Source: an uncultured bacterium
GTDB taxonomy: Bacteria; Vulcanimicrobiota; CADAWZ01
DNA: 64,000 nt
NCBI GenBank assembly: GCA_949288455.1
Contig: CASEKF010000036.1
Coordinates: 12,435 to 76,434 of the forward strand
Direction: 5' to 3'
Shown here: positions 29,701-40,918 of the stretch, one piece after another
Layout: each line of letters opens with the position of its first letter
Numbering within the stretch: position 1 is the stretch's first letter
Program-made: the position numbers and the translations under genes
Notes under the pieces: model-generated
What the model was told of the DNA's origin: nothing
The model's database searches: none
The model's input: the letters and a program-made list of their open reading frames with translations, nothing else

Positions 29701-30879
29701 ATGAAACTAAATAGAGCTATAATAGTCGTAGCCGACAGCATGGGATGCGGAGCTATGCCCGATTCTTATAAATATGACGACGCAGAGGCGGATACTCTAG
29801 GACATATTGCGGAAAAAACAGGTCTGACTATACCTAATATGCAAAAAATGGGACTTGGTAATATACATCAAATAAAAGGCGTTCCTCCGGAAAAGACTCC
29901 TACGGCTCTAGCCGCAAAAATAGCCGAGCGTTCAAACGGGAAAGACACTACAACCGGACATTGGGAAATTGCAGGCATTATAACGGAAAAACCTTTTCCT
30001 ACTTATCCTCAAGGTTTTCCGGAAGACTTAATAAAAGCTTTCGAACAAGCTACCGGCAAAAAAACTATAGGGAACTACCCCGCTTCAGGAACGCAGATAA
30101 TCGCAGATCTTGGAGAAGAGCATATGAAAACCGGAGCCCTCATAATTTACACTTCAGCGGACAGCGTCTTTCAAATAGCTGCTCATGAATCTATTGTTCC
30201 TATCGACGAGTTATATAAATATTGCGAAGCCGCAAGAGCTTTGCTCAACGGAGAACATCCCGTAAGCAGAGTGATTGCTCGTCCCTTCATAGGTTCTCCA
30301 GGCAATTTTACAAGGACCGAAAATAGACGCGATTACGCTCTGCCTCCTCCGTATCCAACATTATTGGACATCCTTAAAGAAAACGGCAAAGACGTCATAG
30401 GAGTCGGAAAAATAGAAGATATATTCTGTCATAGAGGCTTAACCGAATCATACCATACCGGTAATAACCATGCCGGTCTGGACAAATTGGAAGAGCTTTT
30501 GCAGGACGATAAAACCTCGGGATTAATTTTTGTAAATCTAGTAGATTTCGATATGCTTTACGGACACAGGAGAAATCCTAAAGGATATGCGGAAGCGATA
30601 GAATATTTAGATTCTTTCATACCGCGACTTCAAAACGCTATGAAAGAAGGAGACGCTCTTATTATCACGGCAGATCACGGATGCGATCCATGTCATAAGG
30701 GTTCCGATCATACGAGGGAACATGTTCCTCTTTTATGGTATATGAAAGATATTCAGGGAAAACAATTAAATATGCGTTATTCCTTCGCCGATATAGCGGC
30801 TACAATTTTAGATATGTTTGACATTAAATCTAACTTAGCCGGAGAAAGTTTCTCTTCTGAAATTAAGTTTACAAAATAA
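29701..30879 (+). CDS. deoB: Phosphopentomutase
   Basis: N-terminus RAIIVVADSMGCG. Metal-binding DHG…D…GHR motifs. 392 aa. GGAGG RBS. Confidence 0.9.
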   Translation: MKLNRAIIVVADSMGCGAMPDSYKYDDAEADTLGHIAEKTGLTIPNMQKMGLGNIHQIKGVPPEKTPTALAAKIAERSNGKDTTTGHWEIAGIITEKPFPTYPQGFPEDLIKAFEQATGKKTIGNYPASGTQIIADLGEEHMKTGALIIYTSADSVFQIAAHESIVPIDELYKYCEAARALLNGEHPVSRVIARPFIGSPGNFTRTENRRDYALPPPYPTLLDILKENGKDVIGVGKIEDIFCHRGLTESYHTGNNHAGLDKLEELLQDDKTSGLIFVNLVDFDMLYGHRRNPKGYAEAIEYLDSFIPRLQNAMKEGDALIITADHGCDPCHKGSDHTREHVPLLWYMKDIQGKQLNMRYSFADIAATILDMFDIKSNLAGESFSSEIKFTK

Positions 30880-31129
30880 AGGCGAAAAAACAAAAAGAAA
30901 CTAACAGAAAAACAGCGATTAAAAATTTAAATAAAAGCGGGGTTGAGCGTTCTACAATCTCTCCCGCTTTTTCTATGCCGCCATCCGTTCGAAGACGAAA
31001 AAAAGTATAAACTAAAACAAGTTTAAGATAACGCGGCGTATTCAAAAATAGCTGCGCCATTCTCCGAAACATTCTCAGGCCATTTTTCTGAACGCCGACA
31101 AAAACGTGGAATTTTAATATTATTAAACA

Positions 31130-32335
31130 TCAACGAGACGCGCGACTTTTTATAATCTGATTAAGATCAAACCTGCGTATATTAGCTTTTTTTTCTATCT
31201 GCTTCTGTTTGTAGAAGTCTAACGCAAAATAACCTATGACAAGCAATCCGGCAAGAAAAACGCCAAACTTAAAATTATTTATAGCTTTAAGGAAAAAAAT
31301 TCCAGGCTTAATAAAAAGCATAAACAAAATTAGAAAAATAGGAGCGATTATAATATATTTTTTACTCATATTCTCGATAGAATTTTTAAAATCTTTATCA
31401 ATAGGCCTTTTCCCCCCCCCGTTTCCGTTTTTGAATATCTCGACGGCAGTCTGATAGATATTATCTTTGTATTTAAATGATGAAATAGCGAAAGGAAAAT
31501 AAATAATATCGCTAACGTTATCTATCGTTATGACGTTTTGAGACTCAGTAACTTCCGAACATAAGTTTTCTGAATTTAGCTTTTTCAAAATAGCTTCTTC
31601 AATCATAGATTTACCGTTAAGTTCATATAATTCGGAAGAATCACAAATAGGCGGAATAATCGCCGCGTCCTCTTTATTCGCAGATAATAGAGTTTCCGTA
31701 TCGTACTTAGGAGGTTCAATTAAACGCGAAATATTATCTGCTCCGGGCGTTCCGAACGTAGCTCGACTTATAAAATCGTTAAATTCTTTTTGAAATCCCG
31801 AGCAGGCCGGAATCGCTATCATAAAACTATTTTTATACTCTCCTCCCTGAGGTATTTTCTCGCGCTTACCCCCTTCGGCTTCATAAGCGTATCCTTTCCA
31901 AGAAGAGATAAATTTTCCGGAATACATTCTAACTGGCAAAAACGACTCCGTTATCGTTTCTAACGGAAACGATTTTAAAATATCTTCTACGGTATAAGTT
32001 CCCTCAGCCAAATAGTATAATATGCTATTTTCAGCCTGTCGTTTCATCTTATTCGGTTTGCAAGCCTGAAAATTGTTCAAGTCTTCAGGCGTAAAAGATA
32101 AGTACTGATACTTTTTTCCGCAGGAATTGCACTGAAATTGTTCCGATACTGAAAGTCTATCTCCGCAAGCGCAAAAAACGGCTTCTTTTGCGCTGTTAGA
32201 AGGCGTAATGTTTTTTCCGGCGGTAAAAACTAGGCCGCAGTAACAACATGCAATTTTTTTTAAATGGCATGACAAATAATAAATTTTTCCCCTACAGGAA
32301 GGACAAACGACATAAAAAGCTTCCATATTTTCCAT
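31130..32335 (-). CDS. Zinc-ribbon-containing membrane-anchored protein, unknown function
   Basis: Two N-terminal Cys4 ribbons (CPSC…CCYC; CACG…CNSCG), a central domain, and two C-terminal TM helices. Contains an internal G9 tract. Confidence 0.5.
   Translation of the reverse strand: MENMEAFYVVCPSCRGKIYYLSCHLKKIACCYCGLVFTAGKNITPSNSAKEAVFCACGDRLSVSEQFQCNSCGKKYQYLSFTPEDLNNFQACKPNKMKRQAENSILYYLAEGTYTVEDILKSFPLETITESFLPVRMYSGKFISSWKGYAYEAEGGKREKIPQGGEYKNSFMIAIPACSGFQKEFNDFISRATFGTPGADNISRLIEPPKYDTETLLSANKEDAAIIPPICDSSELYELNGKSMIEEAILKKLNSENLCSEVTESQNVITIDNVSDIIYFPFAISSFKYKDNIYQTAVEIFKNGNGGGKRPIDKDFKNSIENMSKKYIIIAPIFLILFMLFIKPGIFFLKAINNFKFGVFLAGLLVIGYFALDFYKQKQIEKKANIRRFDLNQIIKSRASR
31412..31420. 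repeat. Homopolymeric C9/G9 tract inside the CDS (encodes Gly-Gly-Gly)
   Basis: tccccccccc on the + strand. Read on the coding strand this gives AAC GGG GGG GGG AAA (N-G-G-G-K). Confidence 0.9.
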
Positions 32336-32618
32336 TTCGTTATTTTCCTTATATATTGCTTTTTCTTACGTTTATCGTTATACGTCAACGTAAATTATCT
32401 TCAAATTAATCTCAACAAAATGTATGGACATAATCATATAAACGCAGTAATAAAACTAATTTATTTAATTATACAACTAAACTCGCGAACAGTAAATATA
32501 TAAAAATAGAACCAAAAATAATGAAATTAACCGCCCAAACAAGTTTCCGCTTAATATAGAAGAAAGCCCCGATTTTAAATAAAACCGGAGCTTCTTCTAT
32601 CAAATCATTTTTCTATTA

Positions 32619-33590
32619 TTAATATCCCGTGCAGAATTGAAAATGCATAGGATCATTAGGGAGCTGATAAAATCCGTATTTAGCAAATATCTGAGCCAGC
32701 TGCTTTTGTTCAGGAGTTTGAGTATTCTTCCCCATAGGGTTAGAAGAAGCGTTTACGTCAAAACCTATACCCCAAGCATGAACGCTCTTCGCGCTGCCTC
32801 CTCTTTTCGATCTATTATTATAACAGCCGTCGAAAGAATCTATGCAATGGGATAAACCGCGCGCTTTAATTTCTTCAAAGGCAGCCTTCATTCTATCCGC
32901 AATAAGTTTATGGCACGTCACTTTAATCATTTTGCCGTCTTTCCCGGCCGGCATTTCTACTGTAACCTGATTTTGACCAGGTTCTCCAAACATCTTTTTA
33001 ATCTCGTTTAACCCATGAGGCCTGCCTTCAAAACTGCCATATTTATCTACGGGAACTCTGCCGGCAGAAGCCGTTCCGCTGCTCCCAACCGGAGAAGGCA
33101 GAGACGACGAATAAGCCGGCATCGAGGCCGGAGATCCTGTTCCCGATGATCCGATTCCCGAAGCCGGAGCTGCTCCGGCTCCCCCGCTTACGGCGGGAGA
33201 AAATCCAGAGCCTGAAGAGGCGATCGTCTGCCGCTGTAAAAGCGACATCATCTGAAAAAGAATCATCATCATCTGAAGCATCATTTGCGTCTCTTGCCGC
33301 ATCCGTGAGCCAAACATACTTCCCGCGGGGCAACAAGCGCCGCCAAACCCCGGAATCATTCCCATCCCGGGCGTCATAAGGCCGCTATTCTGAAGTGAAG
33401 AGAATAATGGATTCTTTGTGAAAGAATCGGCTATATCAGGACTAAAAGACGCGCTATCTGAAATATTTAAATTTAACGAAATATTTGCCGTTATGCCGTA
33501 TTCCATCTGCTTAAGACCGCTTAAAGCTCCTCCTGAAGAGATGGAAAATAGTCTGTCAGCAATATTAGGAAAACTGTTTACGTTAAACAT
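32619..33590 (-). CDS. M15-family zinc peptidase (D-Ala-D-Ala carboxypeptidase/LAS fold) with long low-complexity N-terminal region
   Basis: C-terminal GGSAKSVHAWGIGFDVNAS (S.H..G.A.D) and DPMHFQF motifs of the M15/LAS family. N-terminal ~200 aa are Ser/Gly/Pro-rich and Met/Gln-rich with no hydrophobic signal peptide. Confidence 0.6.
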   Translation of the reverse strand: MFNVNSFPNIADRLFSISSGGALSGLKQMEYGITANISLNLNISDSASFSPDIADSFTKNPLFSSLQNSGLMTPGMGMIPGFGGACCPAGSMFGSRMRQETQMMLQMMMILFQMMSLLQRQTIASSGSGFSPAVSGGAGAAPASGIGSSGTGSPASMPAYSSSLPSPVGSSGTASAGRVPVDKYGSFEGRPHGLNEIKKMFGEPGQNQVTVEMPAGKDGKMIKVTCHKLIADRMKAAFEEIKARGLSHCIDSFDGCYNNRSKRGGSAKSVHAWGIGFDVNASSNPMGKNTQTPEQKQLAQIFAKYGFYQLPNDPMHFQFCTGY

Positions 33591-33675
33591 AAATTATAGT
33601 CCCTCCATTAAACGACTAAAATAAAAATCTATAATTTACATTTATTGTAGCAAATACAAACTTCATATAACCGTT

Positions 33676-33757
33676 CATAATGTTAAATTTTATTTAACAT
33701 TATGAAAAATATATTAAAAATAGTAAATATATTTAGCTAAATATATTTACTATTTCA
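33676..33757. promoter_or_regulatory. Two adjacent perfect AT-rich palindromes upstream of the M15 peptidase gene
   Basis: ttcataatgttaaat-ttt-atttaacattatgaa, and aaatagtaaatatattt-agc-taaatatatttactattt, about 85-170 nt upstream of the ATG at 33590. Confidence 0.35.
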
Positions 33758-34002
33758 TTTAAACAAAACTTTTACTATATACCTTCGTCCTAAATTCAAG
33801 CTTAGACCTTTAAATATTTGCCAGCTGACGATAATATCATCTTTCGCCGTTTCTAATAATAAGAAAGTTAATCATTCAATATTAACCTTAATCATCTACT
33901 CAAATAACTACGCTCTTAACTATAAAACCCCTGATATTAAACGCTGGGAAGATTATCTTTCCGGCTAACTGCGTCGCAAAGGGGCGTCATATTGAGATAT
34001 TT

Positions 34003-35907
34003 CTAAAAGACCAAACTCAAATTAATTGCGTCAAGCTCAGACATGAGCATGTTGCTTTTATCTTGAGGACATATCAAAACGGACATAACCATTTTATCCT
34101 TTTCTAAATTTTCCGTAATATAAACCATACATGTAAAATCGGATTTATTTTTAGAAATAAAGGACGAATACAATAAACTGCGGCGTCCGTCGCTTAAAAC
34201 TCTGGGAAACATATCGGCAATCTTAAAAGAATCCACCGAATGACCGGTTAAAACGGAAACTAATTTTCCAATATCCTGATCCAATGGAGAAAATAAAGTA
34301 ATAAATATTAAGGCGTCTCCCCTAGTCCCCTTAATTAATTTCGACTCGTCTGCCGTAAAACGCCAATTTTTAGGGTTATCAAACTTTATACCCCACAATC
34401 TTTGAGATACGTTATTTTTATCATGCTTAAAAAATTCAGATGGATTTTTAAGGTGAAACCATTTATTTTTAACGTATACGGATCTTATGTTAAAGTTTAA
34501 ATTATTTACGGCGTCTAACATCTTAATGCCTTCGCTAGGCGATATATCTCCGCCGTAGCTAGAACTCAAATAAATATAGCGAGCTCCCAATTCGCTTTTA
34601 TTATACGACGGATCTACGGCTATCCACTTTCCGTTCAGCCAGACCTCTGCCCAAGAATGCAAAATAAAACATCCGCCGTCAAAAATAAAGCCTGAAATGA
34701 TTCTGGAAGGGATCCCTAAACTTCTCGTCAATGCTGCGAAAAGCAAAGATTTTTCAGTACAATCTCCTTTCCCGGAACGCAGAGCTTCAACGGCCGAAAG
34801 ATACGTGTCAAATTCGGCTTCTTTAATATGGCCGTATACCCAAGAACGTATTAAAGAAACTGTTTCTCTAAGATTTTCTTGTTTAAATTCAGCCGCTTTT
34901 TCCTTTATATCATCGTCATCCGACTGAATATATTTAGACGGCTTCAAAGCCTCGGGAGGATATTCTGCTTGTTCCCTCTTAGAGTTTGGGGAATATAAAC
35001 GTAAATACAACTTTTTACCCTCTTTGGAAGGGGTTTGATATTCATTTGAAGGAAATACAAAAGATCTTCTTTTATCTCTAGAGGAATACTCTACCTTCAT
35101 GATAGAAAGGGCTTCGGAAATAGAAGAATCCATTTTTTGCACGGACGCAATATGCCCGTCAATATTTTTAATTCCGTCCTTTTTTTCTGCCGATTGTTTG
35201 TCGGCTCTAACAAATTTCAATCCTGCCGATTCGCACATGCATTCGTTTTTATTGCCGTCAATCCACATTATAACGTCGGATTCCGACAAAATTGAAGACT
35301 TGATAAGATATTTAGACGCCTCGATAACATTAGATGATATATCGATTTTTTCTTTGCCTAAATATTTAATTGAAAATTCATGTACTTTTTGATATCTAGC
35401 GTCTATACATTTAACAGTCGCAAAATCTGAAACTTCAGAAATAAATAGACTATCGGGCTGAGCGTACAAATTTTCTTCTATAGGCATAGTTAATTCAGAT
35501 GAAAAAGAACTTATAACGGAATGAAAAACAAAATTTCCGTTATCTTTTCTAACCGAAAACGAACTTTCAGACGAGCCTGATTCAATAATAATCTCCTGCA
35601 GCGGCTTAAAATTATAATCATAATAGGTTTCGGCGACGCTTTTATCATACCCCGCAGAATTTCGAATAAAGGTTTCTACCCTAAATATTATCGCGTCTAA
35701 GCCCTCGAAAGTCGTTTTTATCCTCTCCCGTCTCATATAGCCTATTTTACCCGTAGAGTCATAAATATTAAACCACAACTCTCCGAAAGCGGCGTCAGGA
35801 AACTTTTTTTTCTCCGCGGCGCTTCTAGAAGAATCGACGCAAGCGATATTAATAAGACATAAAAAAACGAATATGGTAAAAAAAGCGGATTTCAAGAACT
35901 TTTTCAT
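34003..35907 (-). CDS. Transglutaminase-like cysteine protease superfamily protein, secreted
   Basis: Signal peptide. Core [29 protein letters not shown] … [18 protein letters not shown] carries the Cys/His/Asp triad pattern. Overlaps the mnmG stop by 4 nt. Confidence 0.7.
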   Translation of the reverse strand: MKKFLKSAFFTIFVFLCLINIACVDSSRSAAEKKKFPDAAFGELWFNIYDSTGKIGYMRRERIKTTFEGLDAIIFRVETFIRNSAGYDKSVAETYYDYNFKPLQEIIIESGSSESSFSVRKDNGNFVFHSVISSFSSELTMPIEENLYAQPDSLFISEVSDFATVKCIDARYQKVHEFSIKYLGKEKIDISSNVIEASKYLIKSSILSESDVIMWIDGNKNECMCESAGLKFVRADKQSAEKKDGIKNIDGHIASVQKMDSSISEALSIMKVEYSSRDKRRSFVFPSNEYQTPSKEGKKLYLRLYSPNSKREQAEYPPEALKPSKYIQSDDDDIKEKAAEFKQENLRETVSLIRSWVYGHIKEAEFDTYLSAVEALRSGKGDCTEKSLLFAALTRSLGIPSRIISGFIFDGGCFILHSWAEVWLNGKWIAVDPSYNKSELGARYIYLSSSYGGDISPSEGIKMLDAVNNLNFNIRSVYVKNKWFHLKNPSEFFKHDKNNVSQRLWGIKFDNPKNWRFTADESKLIKGTRGDALIFITLFSPLDQDIGKLVSVLTGHSVDSFKIADMFPRVLSDGRRSLLYSSFISKNKSDFTCMVYITENLEKDKMVMSVLICPQDKSNMLMSELDAINLSLVF

Positions 35908-37838
35908 AATCCGTCGTCGCCCGGCAGCCGCCCGGCAGCCTCCTCGGGAGTATATCTATTTTTACGTCCTTTTTTTAAAAAAACGGTTAAAGCCCATAAT
36001 GCGGCGGGAGTAACTCCGGCTATTCTAGACGCTTGTCCTAAAGATACCGGACGGGCTTTTTCCAGTCTTTCCACAACTTCTCTAGACAGACCTTTTATAA
36101 GTTTGTAATCAAGATTAAGAGGAATTTTTACAGTTTCCAAAGTCCTGAACTTTTCAATTTCCTCGCTCTGCCTTTCGATAAATCCTGCGTATTTAGCGTT
36201 TAATTCGACTTGGAAAATCTCGTCTGCCTTAAGCTCGTTAAGAGGCGTAAGGTCAGCAATCTCTAAAATTTTTAAATAGTCGATCTCATTGCGGGCAAGT
36301 AATTCCTTAAGAGTAATCGATTTTCTAAGCGGAGCGCTGCCCCAAGAAGCGAGCTTATCGTTGACGTCCTTTTTGGGAGTTATAAAAGAAGAAGACAGTC
36401 TTTGCGATTCTTCTTCAATTTTATTCTGTTTTTCGCAAGTTTTCATATATTCTTCTTCAGAAACAAGACCTACTTCAAAACCTATTTTTCTTAAACGAAG
36501 ATCAGCGTTGTCTTCTCTTAATATCAAACGATATTCGCATCTGGAAGTAAAAATTCTATAAGGCTCGTCAGTTCCTTTAGTTACCAGATCGTCGATCATA
36601 ACTCCTATATATCCGCTAGAACGATCAATCACTATTCCTTCTTCGCCTTTAGATCTTAACGCCGCGTTTATTCCCGCCATAATACCCTGAGCTGCGGCCT
36701 CTTCATAACCCGTAGTAGCGTTTATCTGTCCTGCGAAATATAAATTTTTAACTAATTTTGTCTCTAAAGTCGGATAAAGCTGAGTAGGATCGGAATAATC
36801 ATGTTCTATCGCATATCCGGGTCTTATAATCTCAACGTTTTCCAAACCTTTTATAGTTCTAAGCATCTTAAGCTGCGCATCGGCAGGAAGACTCGTAGAA
36901 AGACCATTAGGATAATACTCTATAGTTTCAAGCCCTTCAGGCTCTAAAAAAACGTGATGAGACGCTCTATCCGCAAAACGAGTGATCTTATCTTCAATAG
37001 AAGGGCAATATCTTACTCCGGTTCCGGTAATTATACCCTGAAACATTGGAGAAAATTCTCTTGAAGCTCGTATTATATCATGAGTTTCTTCATTAGTGTA
37101 AGTAATATAGCATGGAACCTGTCTTTGCAAAATTTTAGAAGCTGCGGAAAACGAAAAAGTTCTAGGATTTAAATCGCCAAATTGAGGCTGCATAACAGAA
37201 AAATCAATAGTTCTAGCGTCAAGTCTGGGAGTAGTGCCGGTTTTAAATCTGCCTAACTTAAAACCTAATTCTTTTAAATTGTCCGAAAGAGCGTCTGCGG
37301 AACCGTCTCCCATTCTGCCGCCCGGAAAATGTCTAAGCCCGATATGCATAAGACCTTTTAAAAAAGTACCGGGAGTCACGACAATACAATCGGCGTAATA
37401 TCTGATTCCATTTTCGTCTTCCACTCCACAGGCTTCGCCCGAAGAAACTAAAATTTTAGCCGCAGTTCCTTGTTTTACGTCCAAATTTTCTTGAAATAAA
37501 AGGGCTTTTTTCATATATGAAGCATAAAGGGCTCTATCTATTTGAGCTCTCCATCCTCTAGCTGAAGGGCCTTTAGTGGCATTCAAAAGCCGAAATTGAA
37601 TTCCGCAGGCGTCCGCGGCTTTTCCCATTTCTCCTCCTAGCGCGTCTATCTCTCTCGTAAGATGTCCTTTGCCGACTCCTCCTATAGAAGGATTACAGGA
37701 TATAGCTCCCAATGTGTCTACGTTCATAGTTAAAAGCAGAGTGTTTCTACCGATTCTAGCGGAGCTCAAAGCCGCTTCAGAACCTGCATGACCTCCTCCA
37801 ACTACTATAACATGATATTTTTTAAGCATAACTTTCAC
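35904..37838 (-). CDS. mnmG: tRNA uridine 5-carboxymethylaminomethyl modification enzyme MnmG (GidA)
   Basis: FAD-binding N-terminus [17 protein letters not shown]. Conserved GTTPRLD and [16 protein letters not shown] motifs. ~640 aa. Confidence 0.9.
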   Translation of the reverse strand: MKVMLKKYHVIVVGGGHAGSEAALSSARIGRNTLLLTMNVDTLGAISCNPSIGGVGKGHLTREIDALGGEMGKAADACGIQFRLLNATKGPSARGWRAQIDRALYASYMKKALLFQENLDVKQGTAAKILVSSGEACGVEDENGIRYYADCIVVTPGTFLKGLMHIGLRHFPGGRMGDGSADALSDNLKELGFKLGRFKTGTTPRLDARTIDFSVMQPQFGDLNPRTFSFSAASKILQRQVPCYITYTNEETHDIIRASREFSPMFQGIITGTGVRYCPSIEDKITRFADRASHHVFLEPEGLETIEYYPNGLSTSLPADAQLKMLRTIKGLENVEIIRPGYAIEHDYSDPTQLYPTLETKLVKNLYFAGQINATTGYEEAAAQGIMAGINAALRSKGEEGIVIDRSSGYIGVMIDDLVTKGTDEPYRIFTSRCEYRLILREDNADLRLRKIGFEVGLVSEEEYMKTCEKQNKIEEESQRLSSSFITPKKDVNDKLASWGSAPLRKSITLKELLARNEIDYLKILEIADLTPLNELKADEIFQVELNAKYAGFIERQSEEIEKFRTLETVKIPLNLDYKLIKGLSREVVERLEKARPVSLGQASRIAGVTPAALWALTVFLKKGRKNRYTPEEAAGRLPGDDGL

Positions 37839-37893
37839 CTTAATAGAAAAAATAACGCCATAAAAAACGTTCTTGCATAACCTGTCCGGACTA

Positions 37894-39396
37894 TTAATCT
37901 TCGCTTGCTAACGCTCCGGATTTTCTATCTTGCCAAGCGGTCACTTTAGCGAATATTAAAAGAGCTAAAAAAGCTAAAAAACCAATTCCGGCAAAAACAT
38001 ACCATATATAATGAGCATGTGAATATACCGAAGGCAAGTTAGTTATAACTCCGTTAACCGTAGCGTCGGCTATCTGCTTTTGAATATCGACGGGCAAAGT
38101 CGCCGGATCGGGACACCACATCTCAAGAAGATAACCGGACACGCCGAATCCTAATAAATTTCCAAAAAAGCTATTTATATGAGAATATCCCATATATAAA
38201 GCGGTTTCTCCCTTAGGAGCCTGTTTTGAAGCGTACTCAAGAAATCTTGGAGAAAGAAAACATTCCGAAAGCCCCTGAATAGCTATTCCCAAGAGCAAAG
38301 TAAAAGTAACCGGATGTATCGTAAAAAAAAGCAACGGCATTGAATTTCCAAAATATCCGTAAAGGACAGAACTCATGCTCATCGCTAAAGCGGAAAACGG
38401 AATCAGAAAAAGAGCTATGCCTATTGAATTTAAAGAACTTATTTTAAACTTGTCCGTAAAAGAAGTAATCATAGCTACGCAGCACACTACGACTAAAGGA
38501 TTTATATTTGCGTACCATTCGGGAGAAGCTGATTCTCCTATAGTCCTTATTACATATTTAGGCATTGTTGCGTACAATTGATGCTGAATAGCCCAAAATC
38601 CGCCGACTATTATAATCAGCGCCATAAAGCGACCGTTAGAAAGCACTTTAATAAAGCCTCGCCAAATTTCTTCGATAGTACGCGTCTCGCCGCCGGAGTC
38701 TATATTGCGGAACCAAATCCAAACTACTATAAAAGAGGCTAAACAAAGAGCGGCCGATAAAAGCGTTATATATTCCAGACCACATTCGACTCTTATAAAT
38801 TTAGATACGGTTTTGCCGGAAAAAGAACCGATATTAACCATCATATAAAAGATAGCGAAAGCTCGGCCTCTATTTGCTTCGGACGAACATTGCGCGACGG
38901 TTCCAGTTACTACTGATTTAATAAAAGCTCCGCCGCATAAAATCAAAACAAGATTCAGTATAGTAATTTCCTTACTATATAGAAACCCCATTAAGGCGTA
39001 TCCTACGGCAAGAAGAGCAAAAGCTATTAAAAGCGCTTTCCTAAAACCTATTTTATCGGCAATTACTCCTGCAAAAGTCGGCGCAAAATATAGCAAAGCG
39101 GAAAAAGCTCCCCCAATCCAGCCCGCTTCGATGTCCGTAAAGCCTACGATATTCGTAAGATAAAGAGTTATCGAGATAAACATCCCGTAAAAAGCGGCTC
39201 GCTCAAACATTTCTACCGTATTAGCGGTATAAAATACAGATTTCATCTTAGCTAAAACGATCTCTTTATTGCCTTGTCTCTTCTCGTCTTTATCTCTTTC
39301 GGCAGACGCGTCCAAGAGTACATTTCCCGATTCTTTATTTTCCAAGTCAGACTCGGCGGATCTGTTTTGTTCATTAATTTCAGAAGCTTGTCCCAT
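37894..39396 (-). CDS. POT/PTR2-family proton-dependent oligopeptide transporter (MFS)
   Basis: [12 protein letters not shown] matches the POT signature (ExxERFxYYG). 12+ TM helices. A hydrophilic 50-aa N-terminal extension makes an alternative start at MKSVFY (39246) plausible. Confidence 0.7.
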   Translation of the reverse strand: MGQASEINEQNRSAESDLENKESGNVLLDASAERDKDEKRQGNKEIVLAKMKSVFYTANTVEMFERAAFYGMFISITLYLTNIVGFTDIEAGWIGGAFSALLYFAPTFAGVIADKIGFRKALLIAFALLAVGYALMGFLYSKEITILNLVLILCGGAFIKSVVTGTVAQCSSEANRGRAFAIFYMMVNIGSFSGKTVSKFIRVECGLEYITLLSAALCLASFIVVWIWFRNIDSGGETRTIEEIWRGFIKVLSNGRFMALIIIVGGFWAIQHQLYATMPKYVIRTIGESASPEWYANINPLVVVCCVAMITSFTDKFKISSLNSIGIALFLIPFSALAMSMSSVLYGYFGNSMPLLFFTIHPVTFTLLLGIAIQGLSECFLSPRFLEYASKQAPKGETALYMGYSHINSFFGNLLGFGVSGYLLEMWCPDPATLPVDIQKQIADATVNGVITNLPSVYSHAHYIWYVFAGIGFLAFLALLIFAKVTAWQDRKSGALASED

Positions 39397-39494
39397 TAAG
39401 GCCCTCCATATCTAATTTTTCAACGGCTCTTGTATAAAAAAACGTCTTGCGTTCCAACTAACAAGATTAAATATTTGGTCGCTAAGGATGAAAA

Positions 39495-40565
39495 TCAGTC
39501 TTGAATTATAATTTCAGGTTCTCCTTCAGAAATGATTTCGCCTACTATTTCGGCCGATACTCCGGAATTTTTCAAGTCGCTGCAGAGAGTCTCGGCGGAA
39601 TCATTAGGAGCAAAAACGAGCAGACCTCCGGATGTCTGAGGATCAAACATAGAAAAGTATAAAAGTTCGTTTCGTTCGCTCCCCGAGCCATCTAAAAAAC
39701 CTTCGGGAAGAACAATATAGCGGGAATAATAATTTTTGTTTGAATACAATCCTCCCGGCATCAATCCGAAAGAGGCATAATCTAAAGTGCCAGGAAGAAG
39801 AGGAACTTTTCTTATATTTACTCTTACTTTAACTTTCGAATAAAGAGCGCATTCGAACAAATGTCCGAAAAAGCCAAATCCGGTAACGTCGGTGCAAGCG
39901 GAAACTTCAAAACGCCTCATTATTTCGGAAGCTGTTTTATTTAACGAAATCATATTCGATAACATATTGCGTATATGAGCCTTCTCAGCCATTCCCGCTT
40001 TGTCCGCCGTCGAAATAATCCCGGTTCCGATAGGTTTAGTAAGAATTACGATATCTCCTACCGTAGCTCCGCCTTTAGTTTTTATTCTGTCAGGGCGTAT
40101 CAACCCAGTAACGGCAAGACCGTATTTTATGCCCTCGTCGTTAAGAGAATGTCCGCCTGCTAAGGCGCATCCGGCCTCTTGCAAAGCAGAAGCTCCTCCC
40201 TTTATTATTTCTCTTGCAAACGACTCAGGTAGAATTCCGGCCGGAAAACAAAAAATGTTTAAGGCGGTTATAGGATCTCCTCCCATAGCGTAAACGTCGC
40301 TTAAAGCGTTCGCGGCCGCAATTTTACCGAAAACGAACGGGTCGTCTATCATAGGAGGGAAAAAATCAACCGTCTGAATAAGAGCAATATCTTCGTTCAA
40401 TTTATAAACTCCTGCGTCGTCAGGCTCGTTCATTCCTATTATTAAATTGTCACATGAAGGAAAAACGACGTTAGAAAGAGCGTTCTTAAGAAAAAAAGGA
40501 TTAAGCTTACAGCTGCATCCTCCTGATTTTCCAATTTCAGTTATTTTTTTAAAATTTTTATTCAA
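39495..40565 (-). CDS. selD: Selenide, water dikinase (selenophosphate synthetase), Cys form
   Basis: N-terminal GKSGGCSCKLNP corresponds to the SelD active-site G-x-G-C/U-x-C-K loop. AIR-synthase-related fold motifs (DAGV…, GGHS). Confidence 0.8.
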   Translation of the reverse strand: MNKNFKKITEIGKSGGCSCKLNPFFLKNALSNVVFPSCDNLIIGMNEPDDAGVYKLNEDIALIQTVDFFPPMIDDPFVFGKIAAANALSDVYAMGGDPITALNIFCFPAGILPESFAREIIKGGASALQEAGCALAGGHSLNDEGIKYGLAVTGLIRPDRIKTKGGATVGDIVILTKPIGTGIISTADKAGMAEKAHIRNMLSNMISLNKTASEIMRRFEVSACTDVTGFGFFGHLFECALYSKVKVRVNIRKVPLLPGTLDYASFGLMPGGLYSNKNYYSRYIVLPEGFLDGSGSERNELLYFSMFDPQTSGGLLVFAPNDSAETLCSDLKNSGVSAEIVGEIISEGEPEIIIQD

Positions 40566-40723
40566 AATCTAAATCCTCTATAAAAATTAACTCGCTAAAT
40601 TAAATAAAATAAATCTTGGTCAATTTAAATAATATTAAATATGCCTTATATTCTATTTCTAAGCCTCTACTTCCTTTGAGGACTAATATTAATCTAAGGA
40701 TATTAAAGAAAATAAAAAAAAGC

Positions 40724-40753
40724 TTGACATTCTCATACTTTAAGACTTATAAT
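40724..40753 (+). promoter_or_regulatory. Sigma-70-type promoter for the rplJ-rplL operon
   Basis: TTGACA (40724-40729), 18-nt spacer, TATAAT (40748-40753). Confidence 0.5.
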
Positions 40754-40852
40754 ATAAAAACCGCAGACAGCAGGGACGCTTATACGTTTAACCGTTACAA
40801 GCTTTAAAAATCCTGCCGAGGTTTTCTTTATTATATATTTTGAGCTATTTAA

Positions 40853-40887
40853 AGACTGCCTTGCGTTCTGCAAAAGCAGTCTTTTTT
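40853..40887 (+). terminator. Candidate attenuator hairpin in the L10 (rplJ) leader
   Basis: agactgc…gcagtct stem followed by tttttt, 30 nt upstream of the rplJ start. Confidence 0.4.
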
Positions 40888-40918
40888 ATAAGGAATTCAG
40901 GAAAGGAGGTGACAACCT

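Noticed and set aside
30940-30980. Terminator downstream of deoB (aagcggg…cccgcttttt)
   Set aside because: The stem is only 7 bp with a ~20-nt loop. It is too weak to call confidently.
33043-33624. ORFs 33043..33336(-), 33146..33379(+), 33418..33624(+) around the M15 peptidase N-terminal region
   Set aside because: They arise from the low-complexity, GC-skewed repeat-like DNA encoding the Ser/Gly/Pro-rich linker. The frame ending at 33590 gives a continuous protein with a recognisable C-terminal M15 domain.
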